Assembly (NCBI GenBank): GCA_038240875.1 | Contig: JBBRGG010000001.1 | Span: forward strand, 1 to 54,997 | Length of the DNA stretch: 54,997 nt | DNA from: Phycisphaerales bacterium | Lineage (GTDB): Bacteria; Planctomycetota; Phycisphaerae; Phycisphaerales; UBA1924 | Direction of reading: 5' to 3' | Part shown: piece by piece, positions 35,148-45,116 of the stretch | How positions within the stretch are numbered: position 1 is the stretch's first letter | How the letters are laid out: each line of letters starts with the position of its first letter | Notes under the pieces: model-generated | The model's database searches: none | What the model was told of the DNA's origin: nothing | What the model saw: the letters and a program-made list of their open reading frames with translations, nothing else | Made by a program: the position numbers and the translations under genes

Positions 35148-37043
35148 TTACTTCTTCTTCGCCTTATTGATTGCGTCCAGCACCGAATCAATCGTGTACG
35201 TATCCAGCTTAATTGGCGTTTCCAGCCCAGGGCCATACACCGCCAGCAGCGGGATGCCTACCCAATCCAAACTGTCCAGCTTCGCCTGGCCAGCAGCGTT
35301 ATCACTCGTCAAGTCAACCTTGATCGGCGTGACTCCTTCGCTATTGAGCACGGTGAAAACTCGCTCACGAAACAATACCGCGGTTTCAAGCGCTTTGCAA
35401 TTCAAACACCATTCAGCTGTAAAGTCAACGACGACGACATCGCCCCTGGCTTTGGCTTCTTCAAACCGCTCAGGCGTGTAATACACCCACTCAACCGGCC
35501 CTTTTGCCGTAAAGGTTCGCGCTAACTGGATCATGCTCGCGCTCATCGCAATTGCCAAGCCCACAACAATGCCTCGCGCAACAACCTTCTTGGTGATCTT
35601 GAACGTGCGGTAGATCGTCCACAGCGCCGCGCCTGTAGCAATCGCCGCGATGACCCACCAGTGCCCACGGATCGCCGGGTCCACAGGCTCTCTCAAGATG
35701 CCATCTAATCCGCTCCCGATGAAGAATACCGCGACGGCAAACAGCAACAACCCCATCACCTGCTTGACCAGTTCACTCGCCGAACCAGTCCTAGGAATCT
35801 TGCGCAGCAGACCCGGGAACGCCGCCAACACCAAGTACGGAATCGCCATTCCCAAACCAATTGCCGCAAACGTAAGCACCGTAAGCCCAGGTGGTTGCTT
35901 CGACGCCCACGCAGCCGCCGAACCCATGAATGGAGCTGTGCAAGGCGTGGACAAAATCGCCGTCAACACACCAAAGAAGAACGACCCAACGATCGACTCA
36001 CGTTTGGGATCCAACATATATACCGCATTAGGCAGCTTGATCGAAAACAGTCCAACCATGCCTATGCCCATGATTGCGATGAAGACGCCAACACCAAGCG
36101 AAAATTCTGGATGTTGAAAGAGTTGATTGATCGCCTTGAAGCTCGCGAGCGACGCAATCGCCAAGCCGATAGCCATAAAGAACGCGATCACACCTGCAGA
36201 CATCACCGCGCCCAGCAAGAGCGCACGACGCGGGTTGCCCGAAGCCGCCGCAGAAAGACTCATGATCTTGAGCGGGATCACCGGCAGCACGCAAGGCGTC
36301 AAATTAAGCAAAAAACCGCCCAAGATTGCCAGCAATAAAATAATCAGCGTATTAGCCGAGCCAGTAGATCCAACTTCGAATGACCAGCCGAAGAAGACGA
36401 ACTTCAGATCATCAGGGCTCGCAGCAGCCGCTGTCCCCGCGAGCAACTTGGCAAAGATCGCGTTATCAAACCCGCCAAATGTTCCAGGGTCTTGCTTCGC
36501 CGGTGCAATCGCCGCGTCGGCGGCAACCACCTTGAACTGAAAGACTTGGTTGATCTTTGAAGGCCGCAGGCAGACCTTCTCATCGCACGCTTGATACCCA
36601 CCACTGAGAACAATCTCAATCGTGCCAGGGGTAGCCGAGTTGGACACGACCACCGGGATGTAAGTGATGGCTCTACCTTCAAAGACCTGATACAGCGCTG
36701 GCTTACCCGTGCCCAGAAAATCAACCTCGACGCTATACGGCACGGGCCATTGATTAGGCCCAATGATCGCTGCAGGCTTGCCGTCCGAACCAACCGAGCC
36801 AGGTGAAACCGCTGCGGCTATCACTGTAGGTATTGGGACAAACCCTTCCATCTCCGGCGGGACCACCGGATCATTCGTATGTACGTGCCAACCTTCTTCG
36901 TGCTCAATAATCGCCGCAATGACGAATTGCTCGCCTGGGCGAACTTCGGTTCGGCTAGCTTGCGCCGAGAAAGTGACCTGCGCGAGCGCTGGCATCGCCA
37001 AACACACGACGCTGACAAGCACAGCCAACGCGAACGTCTTCAT
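35148..37043 (-). CDS. DsbD/DipZ-like thiol:disulfide reductase (N-terminal periplasmic domain + CcdA-type membrane core + C-terminal thioredoxin domain)
   Basis: Signal peptide MKTFALAVLVSVVCLAMPALA. Membrane core with LNLTPCVLPVIPL and LSTPCTAPFMG. C-terminal VVVDFTAEWCLNCKALE (CxxC). Start re-picked at ATG 37043. Confidence 0.85.
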   Translation of the reverse strand: MKTFALAVLVSVVCLAMPALAQVTFSAQASRTEVRPGEQFVIAAIIEHEEGWHVHTNDPVVPPEMEGFVPIPTVIAAAVSPGSVGSDGKPAAIIGPNQWPVPYSVEVDFLGTGKPALYQVFEGRAITYIPVVVSNSATPGTIEIVLSGGYQACDEKVCLRPSKINQVFQFKVVAADAAIAPAKQDPGTFGGFDNAIFAKLLAGTAAAASPDDLKFVFFGWSFEVGSTGSANTLIILLLAILGGFLLNLTPCVLPVIPLKIMSLSAAASGNPRRALLLGAVMSAGVIAFFMAIGLAIASLASFKAINQLFQHPEFSLGVGVFIAIMGIGMVGLFSIKLPNAVYMLDPKRESIVGSFFFGVLTAILSTPCTAPFMGSAAAWASKQPPGLTVLTFAAIGLGMAIPYLVLAAFPGLLRKIPRTGSASELVKQVMGLLLFAVAVFFIGSGLDGILREPVDPAIRGHWWVIAAIATGAALWTIYRTFKITKKVVARGIVVGLAIAMSASMIQLARTFTAKGPVEWVYYTPERFEEAKARGDVVVVDFTAEWCLNCKALETAVLFRERVFTVLNSEGVTPIKVDLTSDNAAGQAKLDSLDWVGIPLLAVYGPGLETPIKLDTYTIDSVLDAINKAKKK

Positions 37044-37391
37044 TCGTATCGCCAATAGAAAGCCGCTAGGATTTAATTCTGCGGGAATGGATAATACCAT
37101 GAATGAGCGACTCCACATGCGTGAGTGGCGAGCCTCGATCTCGTCCACGATTGTTTAGAAAATGTGCACAATTTAGCCTCGACGGTACGCAGATTGCGGC
37201 GTGCATACTACGGAAATCCAACTACGCCAATCACTACTATTAAACCGATACTACCTCAATAACTATTGGCACGCACGCACCGTGCGCTCGCTGCCGCTCT
37301 CCCTCTACGATGCTGATAAAGTCGGCAAGTTCCAGTCAGTTCGAGCTTTGGTCCAACGAGCCAACTTTCAAGCTCTCAATCGGAGGTTCGC

Positions 37392-38408
37392 GTGGGTGAC
37401 GTTCTTGACCAAAGTGATATCGACGCGCTATTGGCGGCTGTCGATTCCGCTGAAGTCGAAGAGTTACCAGGCCAACTTCGCATCTTCAGTAAGCGCCACC
37501 GCGACCCAAACACCACTGAGGTAAAGAATTACGACTTCAAACGCCCCGAACGCGTCAGCAAAGACCAGATGCGCGCGCTTCACACTCTTCACGAATCCTT
37601 TGGCCGAAACCTAGGCGCTTCTCTCTCAGGGTTTCTTCGCACCATCGTCGAAGTTCGCGTTGCAACATGCGAACAAATGACCTACGCAGAATTTATCTCA
37701 GGTCTACCTAATCCAACTAGCTTCAACCTTGTAAACGCGACCGGACTTGAAGGCCAAATGTGCCTGGAAGTTAGCCCGCTCATCATCTACCCGATCATCG
37801 ACCGCCTGCTCGGAGGAACTACCCAGGATCTCTTTATTCCGCAAAGGCCGATGACCCTGATCGAAACTCGCATTATTTACAATGTCACAAAGCGTGCATT
37901 GACAGCACTTTCCGAAGCGTGGAGCAGCATCCGCAACGTCACGTTTGATGTCTCAACCACCGAAAGCAACCCGCAGCTTGTGCAGATTGTACCCCCCAAC
38001 GAGGTAGTCGTTGTGATTAGTTTCGAGATGAAGATGTCAACTCGCGCAGGCACAATGAACCTGTGCATTCCCTTTAACGTGATCGAGCCGGTGATGGAGC
38101 ATCTTTCCAGCCAATCCTGGTTCTCTGCGGCTCGCAATACCAAAGGTGGCGATACCGAGCGCATCATCACGGGCTCATTGGGCAGAGCAGCACTCGAAAT
38201 CCGAGGCGTGCTCGCGGAGACAACCATCACTTTGCAGGACATGCTGCAACTGTCTGTAGGCGATATTGTTATGACTGAGAAGAAGGCGACCAAGCCAGCG
38301 GTTCTCTGCGTCGAAGGCGTGAAGAAATATCTTGTATCTGTCGGCCAATACAAGGGTAAGCGAGCGATCAAGGTCGTGTGCCCAGCTAGCCCGTCGGATC
38401 GAGATTGA
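37392..38408 (+). CDS. fliM: Flagellar motor switch protein FliM
   Basis: GGAGG lies 5 nt upstream of GTG 37392. LDQSDIDALL, YDFKRPERVSKDQMRALHTLHESFGRNLGASLSGFLRTIVEV and the SpoA-like C-terminal block LQLSVGDIVM are all present. Confidence 0.9.
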   Translation: MGDVLDQSDIDALLAAVDSAEVEELPGQLRIFSKRHRDPNTTEVKNYDFKRPERVSKDQMRALHTLHESFGRNLGASLSGFLRTIVEVRVATCEQMTYAEFISGLPNPTSFNLVNATGLEGQMCLEVSPLIIYPIIDRLLGGTTQDLFIPQRPMTLIETRIIYNVTKRALTALSEAWSSIRNVTFDVSTTESNPQLVQIVPPNEVVVVISFEMKMSTRAGTMNLCIPFNVIEPVMEHLSSQSWFSAARNTKGGDTERIITGSLGRAALEIRGVLAETTITLQDMLQLSVGDIVMTEKKATKPAVLCVEGVKKYLVSVGQYKGKRAIKVVCPASPSDRD

Positions 38409-39131
38409 CAGATGAGGGGTATGTTGGATTTGAGATGGTGTGCGAGCGTTGAATCTGTTGAGCGAGAATGTGTTGGAACGATATCGCTCCCAGAGTCAGT
38501 CCCCCTTTAATGTTTGATAGAGCTGCCAGATAGAGACTCCTGATACCTTATCTGGTAGAGGTGCCTGTTATTGATTGTCTAGGCGAAGTCATCCTTTTTG
38601 GAGAACGACATCGCCTATGCTTTAATGTTCCGGGTCAATCCGGCGTCACGGCTCGGAGCCAAGGCGGTAAGGAGTATCGTCGCATGTTCGTGGTTGCAAG
38701 CCATGCGCGGTAATGGCGCCCAATCCGTTTTAGTCGCGTGCATACGTGCGCGTGATGCGAGCAGATGGGATGCCGACGGGCTTCTCGCGAGGATAACCTA
38801 GCGACGAGCCCGGCGGTTGCTGTACCGAGTTTGGCAAGTGGCCAAGATCGGTGCTGGATCGCAATGGGCTCGCGTGTTTCTCGCCGCACCCTTTGATCGT
38901 TCCAACACACTGCGGAGCGTCAGCTGACCGATCTCTTCGTTCGCGCGTTTGTGCGTGATCAAGTGCATCGGGCGAGTGCACGCTTGTGGTTCGATGTGGC
39001 TTGGTTTTGACGGATTGGTTTGTGTTGGAAACGGAATCGATGGCAGTTTGCACGTTACGTGTGGGCCTGATTCAAAGGCACATAATCGACATTTTGACAA
39101 CCCGCGGGCATCGCAGAAGGACTCACAGGCA

Positions 39132-40535
39132 ATGAACACGACCGAAATGATGCGGATTCTGGACTCGATTTCTCGCGATCGCAACATTGATCGCTCGGTG
39201 CTGATCCGCGACCTTGAACAAGCGATGGTTTCCGCCGCCCGCAAGTTTTATGGCACGCTGGATACCGAAGAGTTCACCTGCGTGTTTGACCCGATCTCGG
39301 GCAAGATGGAACTGGCGCGCCATGGCGAGCCATTGGTCATGCCACCCGAGGCCTTTGGGCGCATTGCGGCCCAGACCTTCAAGCAGGTCATGATCCAGAA
39401 GTTTCGTGATGATGAACGTGCGAGCATTTTCGATGAGTTCTCGAAGCGTGTGGGCGAGATCGCCACCGGCATTGCGCAGCGGTACGAAGGCGGCGCGTTG
39501 GTCGTGACCGTTGATCGAGCCGAGGCGTTCATGCCTCGGAGTGAGCAGATCCCGGGCGAGCAGTTCGCGGCGGGCGATCGCGTGCGGTGCTTGATCCTTG
39601 ATGTTCGCGATGCGGGGAGCCAGGTCAAGATTGTTTTGAGCCGTGCGCATCAGGACTTTATTCGGCGCTTGTTCGAGGTTGAAGTGCCTGAGGTTGCGGA
39701 ACGAATCATCGAGATCAAGGCGATGGCTCGCGAGCCTGGCTTTCGCACCAAGCTCGCGGTCGCTTCGATTGATTCGAAGGTGGACGCGGTGGGCGCGTGC
39801 GTCGGCGTGCGTGGCGCGCGAATCAAGAACATCGTTGATGAGCTCAATGGCGAGAAGATCGACATCGTTCGCTGGAACGAGTCAAGCCAGATTTTGATAG
39901 GTAACGCGCTCAAGCCCGCTGAGGTTCAGGAAATCTCGCTGTGTTTCGAGCTTGGCCGAGCGACGGTTGTAGTGCGCGATGATCAGCTTTCTCTCGCCAT
40001 TGGCAAGCGCGGGCAGAATGTGCGTCTTGCGGCTCGGTTGACGGGCTGGGACGTGGACATCTTGACGCCTGAAGAATTTACCAAGAACGTCGAAGCGATG
40101 TACTCAACGGTGCAGTCGATTGCGGGCGTCACCGAAGTGATGGCGGACAAGCTTGCGGCGATGGGCATGGTCAGCGTCTTTGACCTCGAAGAAGTTGGCG
40201 TTGATGTGCTGATGACCGAGCTGGAGTTGGCTCCAGATATTGCACAGATTGTTATTGACGCGTGCTCGGTGAGGGCAAAGGAACTGGCCGAGCAGCAGCA
40301 GCGTGATAAGGAAGAGAAGGAACGCAAGGCTCGCGAGCAGGTTGACCTGGCGACGAAGGTGTTGTCCGAAGGTGGCGTTGAAGGTGCAGAGCAAGGCAGC
40401 ACTGAAGCGAGTTCACAGGCTGGAAGCCTGGAGGCTGGTGGTTCGCAGGTTGGTAGTTCGCTGGCTGATGGTTCAAAGGCGGACGAAAGCGGCGAGGCTC
40501 GTGCGGCAGACATTCTCTCGGGGCCCAGGCCTTGA
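39132..40535 (+). CDS. nusA: Transcription termination/antitermination factor NusA
   Basis: The N-terminal domain is MNTTEMMRILDSISRDRNIDRSVLIRDLEQAMVSAARK. S1 domain: GEIATGIAQRYEGGALVVTVDRAEAFMPRSEQIPGE. KH domains: GACVGVRGARIKNIVDEL.GEKIDIV and AIGKRGQNVRLAARLTGWDVDI. infB follows. Confidence 0.92.
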   Translation: MNTTEMMRILDSISRDRNIDRSVLIRDLEQAMVSAARKFYGTLDTEEFTCVFDPISGKMELARHGEPLVMPPEAFGRIAAQTFKQVMIQKFRDDERASIFDEFSKRVGEIATGIAQRYEGGALVVTVDRAEAFMPRSEQIPGEQFAAGDRVRCLILDVRDAGSQVKIVLSRAHQDFIRRLFEVEVPEVAERIIEIKAMAREPGFRTKLAVASIDSKVDAVGACVGVRGARIKNIVDELNGEKIDIVRWNESSQILIGNALKPAEVQEISLCFELGRATVVVRDDQLSLAIGKRGQNVRLAARLTGWDVDILTPEEFTKNVEAMYSTVQSIAGVTEVMADKLAAMGMVSVFDLEEVGVDVLMTELELAPDIAQIVIDACSVRAKELAEQQQRDKEEKERKAREQVDLATKVLSEGGVEGAEQGSTEASSQAGSLEAGGSQVGSSLADGSKADESGEARAADILSGPRP

Positions 40536-40673
40536 GCTAGCTGGTTGGTTTGAATTGGTAGGGTTGGTGGATTCGACAGGCGAGATGGTGCGTGGAAGTG
40601 ATTGGTTCGGGATCTGCAAAGGATCGAGTTCGAGGTTCATGCGTCGGATGCATGGGCCGCCTTGGAGAGTCTC

Positions 40674-43600
40674 TTGGCACGGCGAATTTTCGAGATCGCG
40701 AAAGAACTGGGCGTCGATTCCAAGGCTGTAGTGGCAAAGTGCCAGGCCGAGGGAATCCCTGTCGAAACCATCAAGAACCACATGTCCACAGTTTCGGCTG
40801 GCCTTGAGGCCACGATCCGTGAGTGGTTCAGTGTGCACGACGCGAGCAGCGGCAGCGCCGTTGAGACCGCTGAGAAGGTCGATCTCGACAAGGTCAAGGC
40901 CAAGGGATCGCGGCGCCGAGGCACGAAGAAAGATGGCTCCGCCGACGATGGCCACGACGGGCATGATGGTCACGAAAGCCATGATGGCTCAGATGGCCAA
41001 GACGCACACGACGGCGGGCCCGGCTCACACGGCGGGGCGCGTGCTCCCGGCGAGACACACGACCAACCTGCCAAGCCAGCAGAGACCGCTCCCCACGCGC
41101 CAACTGCGACTCCATTGGCGACTCCGCTGGCGACTCCATTGGCGACTTCAATTGCTACGCCAATTGGTGAAACCAAGGCTGTTCCCTTCACCAAAACTGA
41201 CGCGTCGCTTGTGAGCCATGTGGCGGACTCTGGCTCTAAAGCAGACTCAGGCCCAAAGACAAGCCCGATCGCTCACGCTGCTTCGCCGATTGTCGAGACC
41301 AAGCCCGACGCAAAGCACAACATAAAGTACGATGGCGAGCCAACGGCGACGACGGTAACCCCCGCGTCTACTGAAGCCAAGCGCGTGGCTCCGACGTATC
41401 CCGCAGGACATCCTTTCGCGAATACGCAAAGGCCCGCACATTTGACGCCGACGCGGGTGGCAATCGATCCACCCGGCAGCGATGTTGCCCCAAGCAAGTC
41501 TTCGGGTATAGCGCCAACACAACCTGTTGGCGGGCAATCAGCTGACTCACGCGATGCTGCGGCGAGCACGCGCACGGCTCCTGGCAGAGTTGACACGTCG
41601 CGTACCGATCAAGATTCGCGCACTGCTCGCGGAGCTAACCAAGGTGGTAGTTCTACTGCTCCTGAATCTGGGACGCAAGGCTCATCTTCTGGTTCAACAG
41701 CCGAAGGCATTGCGCCGGGTTCTCCAGGGTCGTCCGCTGGTAGTGCACCGCAGCGTCCGATGGTTCCTGCGCCACAGAATCGCCCAACGCGGCCAACGAG
41801 CGTTGCGCCGATGGGACCCAAGCTCACGCAAGCCGCTCCGGTTCGGATTGCTGGCCCCAAGGTTGTTCGTGTTGAAGCGCCTGAACAGATCGCGGCTCCG
41901 CGAGCACGTCGGCCCATGGGCTCAGGCACGGGTGGCCCTGGTGGTTCGTCGGCACCTGGCGCAGCTGGAACTTCGGCTGGTGGCGCGCCGCGCGGCCCAC
42001 GGACTGCGACGAGCACGGAAGATGATGGTCGTAATGCACGTCGTCGCGGGCCTGGTGGTGGGCCAGCGGCACCAGTTGGTGGCGGAGCTGCAGGTACCAA
42101 GCGTTCGTCGGGCGCGGGCATTCCTACTCGTCGTCGTGCCACTTCAGGCGAAGAGTGGACCGGTGGCCAGATCTTCTCCGAGCAGGACATCATCGAGCGT
42201 GAAGAACGCCTGGCTCGCTCGAAGGGCTTCCTCAAGCAGCGCAAGCAGGACCTCTCGCGCACGGGCCAGCCGATGGCTGATCAGCCAACCGATGGGCGAA
42301 TCCGCATCGCGGCTCCATTTACACTGAAAGATCTTTCGGCGGCGACGGGCGTAAAGGTCGCGGACATATCGAAGCGGTTGTTCATGCAAGGCTTGATGTA
42401 CAAGATCAACGATCCGATGCCGGTGGAAAAGGCTGTCGAGATCATGATGGAGCTCGATATTGATCTTGAAGTGACGGAGCGCAAGACCGCCGAGGAAGCG
42501 GTGTCGGCGGACTTTGCGAATCGTGAACGCAAGGACGTGCGGACGCGTGGCCCGGTTGTCACGATTCTCGGGCACGTCGATCACGGCAAGACGAGCTTGC
42601 TCGACAAGATCCGCAATGCCAAGGTTGCTGCGGGCGAGGCGGGCGGCATTACGCAGAAGACCAGCGCGTTTGTCGCTGAAGTCGAAGTCGAAGGGGTCAA
42701 GAAGCCCATCGTCTTCCTCGATACGCCGGGCCACGAGGCATTCACGAGCATGCGTTCGCGTGGCGCGAAGATGACGGACATCGTCGTGCTGGTTGTGTCA
42801 GGCCCCGAAGGCGTCATGCCCCAGACCATCGAGTCGTACAACCACGCCAAGGCGGCGGGTGTGCCCATCGTTGTCGCGCTCAATAAGATTGACCGTTCTG
42901 ACGCCACCGAAGCACAGTTGCAAAAAACTCTTGGCGAGCTTGCCAAGGCGGGCCTAAACCCAGTCGAATGGGGCGGCGAAGTCGAAGTGGTCAAGACCAG
43001 TGCGGTTTCAGGCGTTGGCCTGAAGCAGCTGCTCGAAGTGCTCGACTATCAGTCTCAGTTGCTCGACTTGAAGGCGGACTTTGATGGGCCGGCGCAGGGC
43101 ACGGTTATCGAAGCCAAGACCGAAGAAGGTCGCGGCGCGGTGGCGAATCTGCTCGTTCAACAAGGTAAGTTAAAGGTCGGCGACTTTGTCGTCATGGGGC
43201 GTGCGCACGGGCGTGTTCGCGATATCACCGACGATCGCGGCCAGCGTCATAAAGAGGTTTATCCGCCGATGCCGGTGCAGATTTCGGGCATCAATGCTGT
43301 GTGCGACGCGGGCGATAAGTTTTATGTGGTTGAGTCGTTGAAGCAGGCGCAGGAAGCCGCCGAGCAGCGGGTACAGCGTGAACGCCAGGCGGTACTCGCG
43401 GCACCCAAGCTCACGCTTGATTCGCTCTTCTCGCAGATCCAGTCGAGCGAGGGAGAGGCCAAGGAAATCCGCGTCATCCTCAAGACCGATCAGCAGGGCA
43501 CGGTGGACGTACTTAAGACTGAGTGTGAGAAGATCAAGACCGAAGAGGTCCGCGTTCGCGTGATCGATTCCGCCGTCGGCGGCATCACCGAGAGCAACGT

Positions 43601-44075
43601 GCTTCTAGCTGAGGCTTCCAAGGCAATTGTCATCGGCTTTAACGTTATCCCGTCGGGCAAGGCTCGCCAGCTTGCTGAGCAAAAGGGCGTTGAGATCCGT
43701 ACGTACGAGGTGATCTACGACATTACCGACGACCTTAAGAAGGCAGCCGAAGGGTTGCTGGCGCCGGAAGTTCGCGAAGAATTGCTTGGCCACGCCGACG
43801 TTCGCGCGGTCTTCAAGGTTTCCAAGGTCGGCAACGTCGCAGGCTGCTATGTCACCGACGGCACCGTGGCCCGCGACGCGCTCATCCGCGTTACCCGCAA
43901 CGGCGTGGTCATCGAAAGCAATCGCAAACTCTCGCAGCTCAAGCGCGTCAAAGACGACGCACGCGAAGTTCGCGCTGGCCTCGAGTGCGGCATGAAGATC
44001 GATGGCTACGACGATATCAAGACCGGCGACGTGCTTGAATGCTACAAGAAAATCGAGATCAAGCGGACGCTGTAA
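40674..44075 (+). CDS. infB: Translation initiation factor IF-2 with a ~550-aa low-complexity N-terminal region
   Basis: Proposed TTG start at 40674, preceded by GGAGAG, giving [24 protein letters not shown] (IF2_N). G domain: [24 protein letters not shown] and NKID. The C-terminal domain ends at ...KIEIKRTL. The ORF is open from 40602, so the start is uncertain. Confidence 0.92.
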   Translation: MARRIFEIAKELGVDSKAVVAKCQAEGIPVETIKNHMSTVSAGLEATIREWFSVHDASSGSAVETAEKVDLDKVKAKGSRRRGTKKDGSADDGHDGHDGHESHDGSDGQDAHDGGPGSHGGARAPGETHDQPAKPAETAPHAPTATPLATPLATPLATSIATPIGETKAVPFTKTDASLVSHVADSGSKADSGPKTSPIAHAASPIVETKPDAKHNIKYDGEPTATTVTPASTEAKRVAPTYPAGHPFANTQRPAHLTPTRVAIDPPGSDVAPSKSSGIAPTQPVGGQSADSRDAAASTRTAPGRVDTSRTDQDSRTARGANQGGSSTAPESGTQGSSSGSTAEGIAPGSPGSSAGSAPQRPMVPAPQNRPTRPTSVAPMGPKLTQAAPVRIAGPKVVRVEAPEQIAAPRARRPMGSGTGGPGGSSAPGAAGTSAGGAPRGPRTATSTEDDGRNARRRGPGGGPAAPVGGGAAGTKRSSGAGIPTRRRATSGEEWTGGQIFSEQDIIEREERLARSKGFLKQRKQDLSRTGQPMADQPTDGRIRIAAPFTLKDLSAATGVKVADISKRLFMQGLMYKINDPMPVEKAVEIMMELDIDLEVTERKTAEEAVSADFANRERKDVRTRGPVVTILGHVDHGKTSLLDKIRNAKVAAGEAGGITQKTSAFVAEVEVEGVKKPIVFLDTPGHEAFTSMRSRGAKMTDIVVLVVSGPEGVMPQTIESYNHAKAAGVPIVVALNKIDRSDATEAQLQKTLGELAKAGLNPVEWGGEVEVVKTSAVSGVGLKQLLEVLDYQSQLLDLKADFDGPAQGTVIEAKTEEGRGAVANLLVQQGKLKVGDFVVMGRAHGRVRDITDDRGQRHKEVYPPMPVQISGINAVCDAGDKFYVVESLKQAQEAAEQRVQRERQAVLAAPKLTLDSLFSQIQSSEGEAKEIRVILKTDQQGTVDVLKTECEKIKTEEVRVRVIDSAVGGITESNVLLAEASKAIVIGFNVIPSGKARQLAEQKGVEIRTYEVIYDITDDLKKAAEGLLAPEVREELLGHADVRAVFKVSKVGNVAGCYVTDGTVARDALIRVTRNGVVIESNRKLSQLKRVKDDAREVRAGLECGMKIDGYDDIKTGDVLECYKKIEIKRTL

Positions 44076-44234
44076 TAATTGGGCCGATAGGTTTTGGCAT
44101 GTGGTAAATGTGGAGCATCGCAGGCACTGTGGACTCGACAAAGGAAACTTTGGTGCACGCGACATTCGCGCGTGCATGCCTCAATCTCAAGGCGTAGCAC
44201 CACGATTCACGTTCACTTGTGTTTGATGTTTTTC

Positions 44235-44395
44235 CTGCGATTCGGCTTCGACTGCGATTCCGCTTTCAGTGCGATTCAGCGTTCCAGCGTCGTTGTGTTT
44301 CCTTTGCACTTGTGTCGATACGACTTTGCTATCTGGCTACTTTCATTACTGGCTACTTTCATTACTGGCTACTTTCATACTGGCTGGTTTCAAAA
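44235..44395. repeat. Two blocks of ~17-bp periodic direct repeats in the infB-DUF503 spacer
   Basis: TGCGATTC recurs at 44235, 44252 and 44269 (period 17). CTGGCTAC(T)TTTCATTA recurs at 44332, 44349, 44365 and, degenerate, 44380. The repeats end at the DUF503 start codon. Confidence 0.8.
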
Positions 44396-44396
44396 T

Positions 44397-45116
44397 ATGG
44401 TTCTAGGCATCCTCCAGTTCGACTTAGTTATCCCAGGCAGCGAGTCTCTAAAGGACAAGCGCCGCGTAATTCGTTCGGTGAAGGATCGGCTGCATCGCGA
44501 GCATCTTGCGGCGATCGCCGAGGTTGGATTGCTTGATCGCCTTGATGTTGCGCGGCTGGGCCTTGCGCTGGTTGGCTCTGATGGGCTGTACATCGGGCAA
44601 ACTCTTGACCGCATCATTGCGAAACTTACCACGCTTCCTGATGCACAGCTCGGCGGCGTCTTTCGCCAAGTCGTCCATGGCACCGGCGGGATCGACTCTC
44701 CTAGTGCCATGCCCGTGCCCGTTGACGCGGATGAAATCGCTCGCGAGATGCTCGCGCGTGCTGGTGAGCTTGCGTTCCTTGATGAAGATGCAGCGATCTA
44801 TTCGCCGGGGTCATTCGCAACCACGCAACACGACGCCAAGAAAGGTATTCCAAACGCGATGGCTCCAAACGCGCCATCTTCAAGCACGCAAGTAACAGGA
44901 TCAAACGTTCCGGCAACATCGCGCTTCGTGATGCCCACGGCGTTCCCCTTCAACCTCGCAGCAACCCAGCACATCGACCCGTATCCATCGAACGCTGATC
45001 CATTACATTCGTCTAACGATACAGCTTCGTCTAACGATACAGCTTCGTCCACAGATACTGCTTCGTCTAACGATACAGCTTCGTCCACAGATCCAGCCTC
45101 AGGAGGCACGCCTTGA
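44397..45116 (+). CDS. DUF503 (YlxP-like) protein with a ~140-aa low-complexity C-terminal extension
   Basis: MVLGILQFDLVIPGSESLKDKRRVIRSVKDRLHREHLAAIAEVGLLDRLDVARLGLALVGSD...LDRIIAKL is the DUF503 fold signature, in the usual infB-rbfA position. The tail contains 5 x 18-bp repeats (45009-45098, SSNDTASSNDTASSTDTAS...). Confidence 0.72.
   Translation: MVLGILQFDLVIPGSESLKDKRRVIRSVKDRLHREHLAAIAEVGLLDRLDVARLGLALVGSDGLYIGQTLDRIIAKLTTLPDAQLGGVFRQVVHGTGGIDSPSAMPVPVDADEIAREMLARAGELAFLDEDAAIYSPGSFATTQHDAKKGIPNAMAPNAPSSSTQVTGSNVPATSRFVMPTAFPFNLAATQHIDPYPSNADPLHSSNDTASSNDTASSTDTASSNDTASSTDPASGGTP

Noticed and set aside
37255-37285. Sigma-54 promoters at TGGCAC motifs (37266 upstream of fliM; TGGCAT-N5-GTGC at about 14743 upstream of fliD)
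   Set aside because: At 37266 the -12 TTGC element is missing at the required spacing. The 14743 site has mismatches in both elements and is about 490 nt from fliD.
38598-39131. RimP or an N-terminally extended NusA (ORF 38598..38801; the nusA frame is open from 38949)
   Set aside because: The translations (MENDIAYALMFRV..., MCVIKCIGRVHACG...) have no RimP or NusA similarity. The canonical NusA N-terminus begins at ATG 39132.
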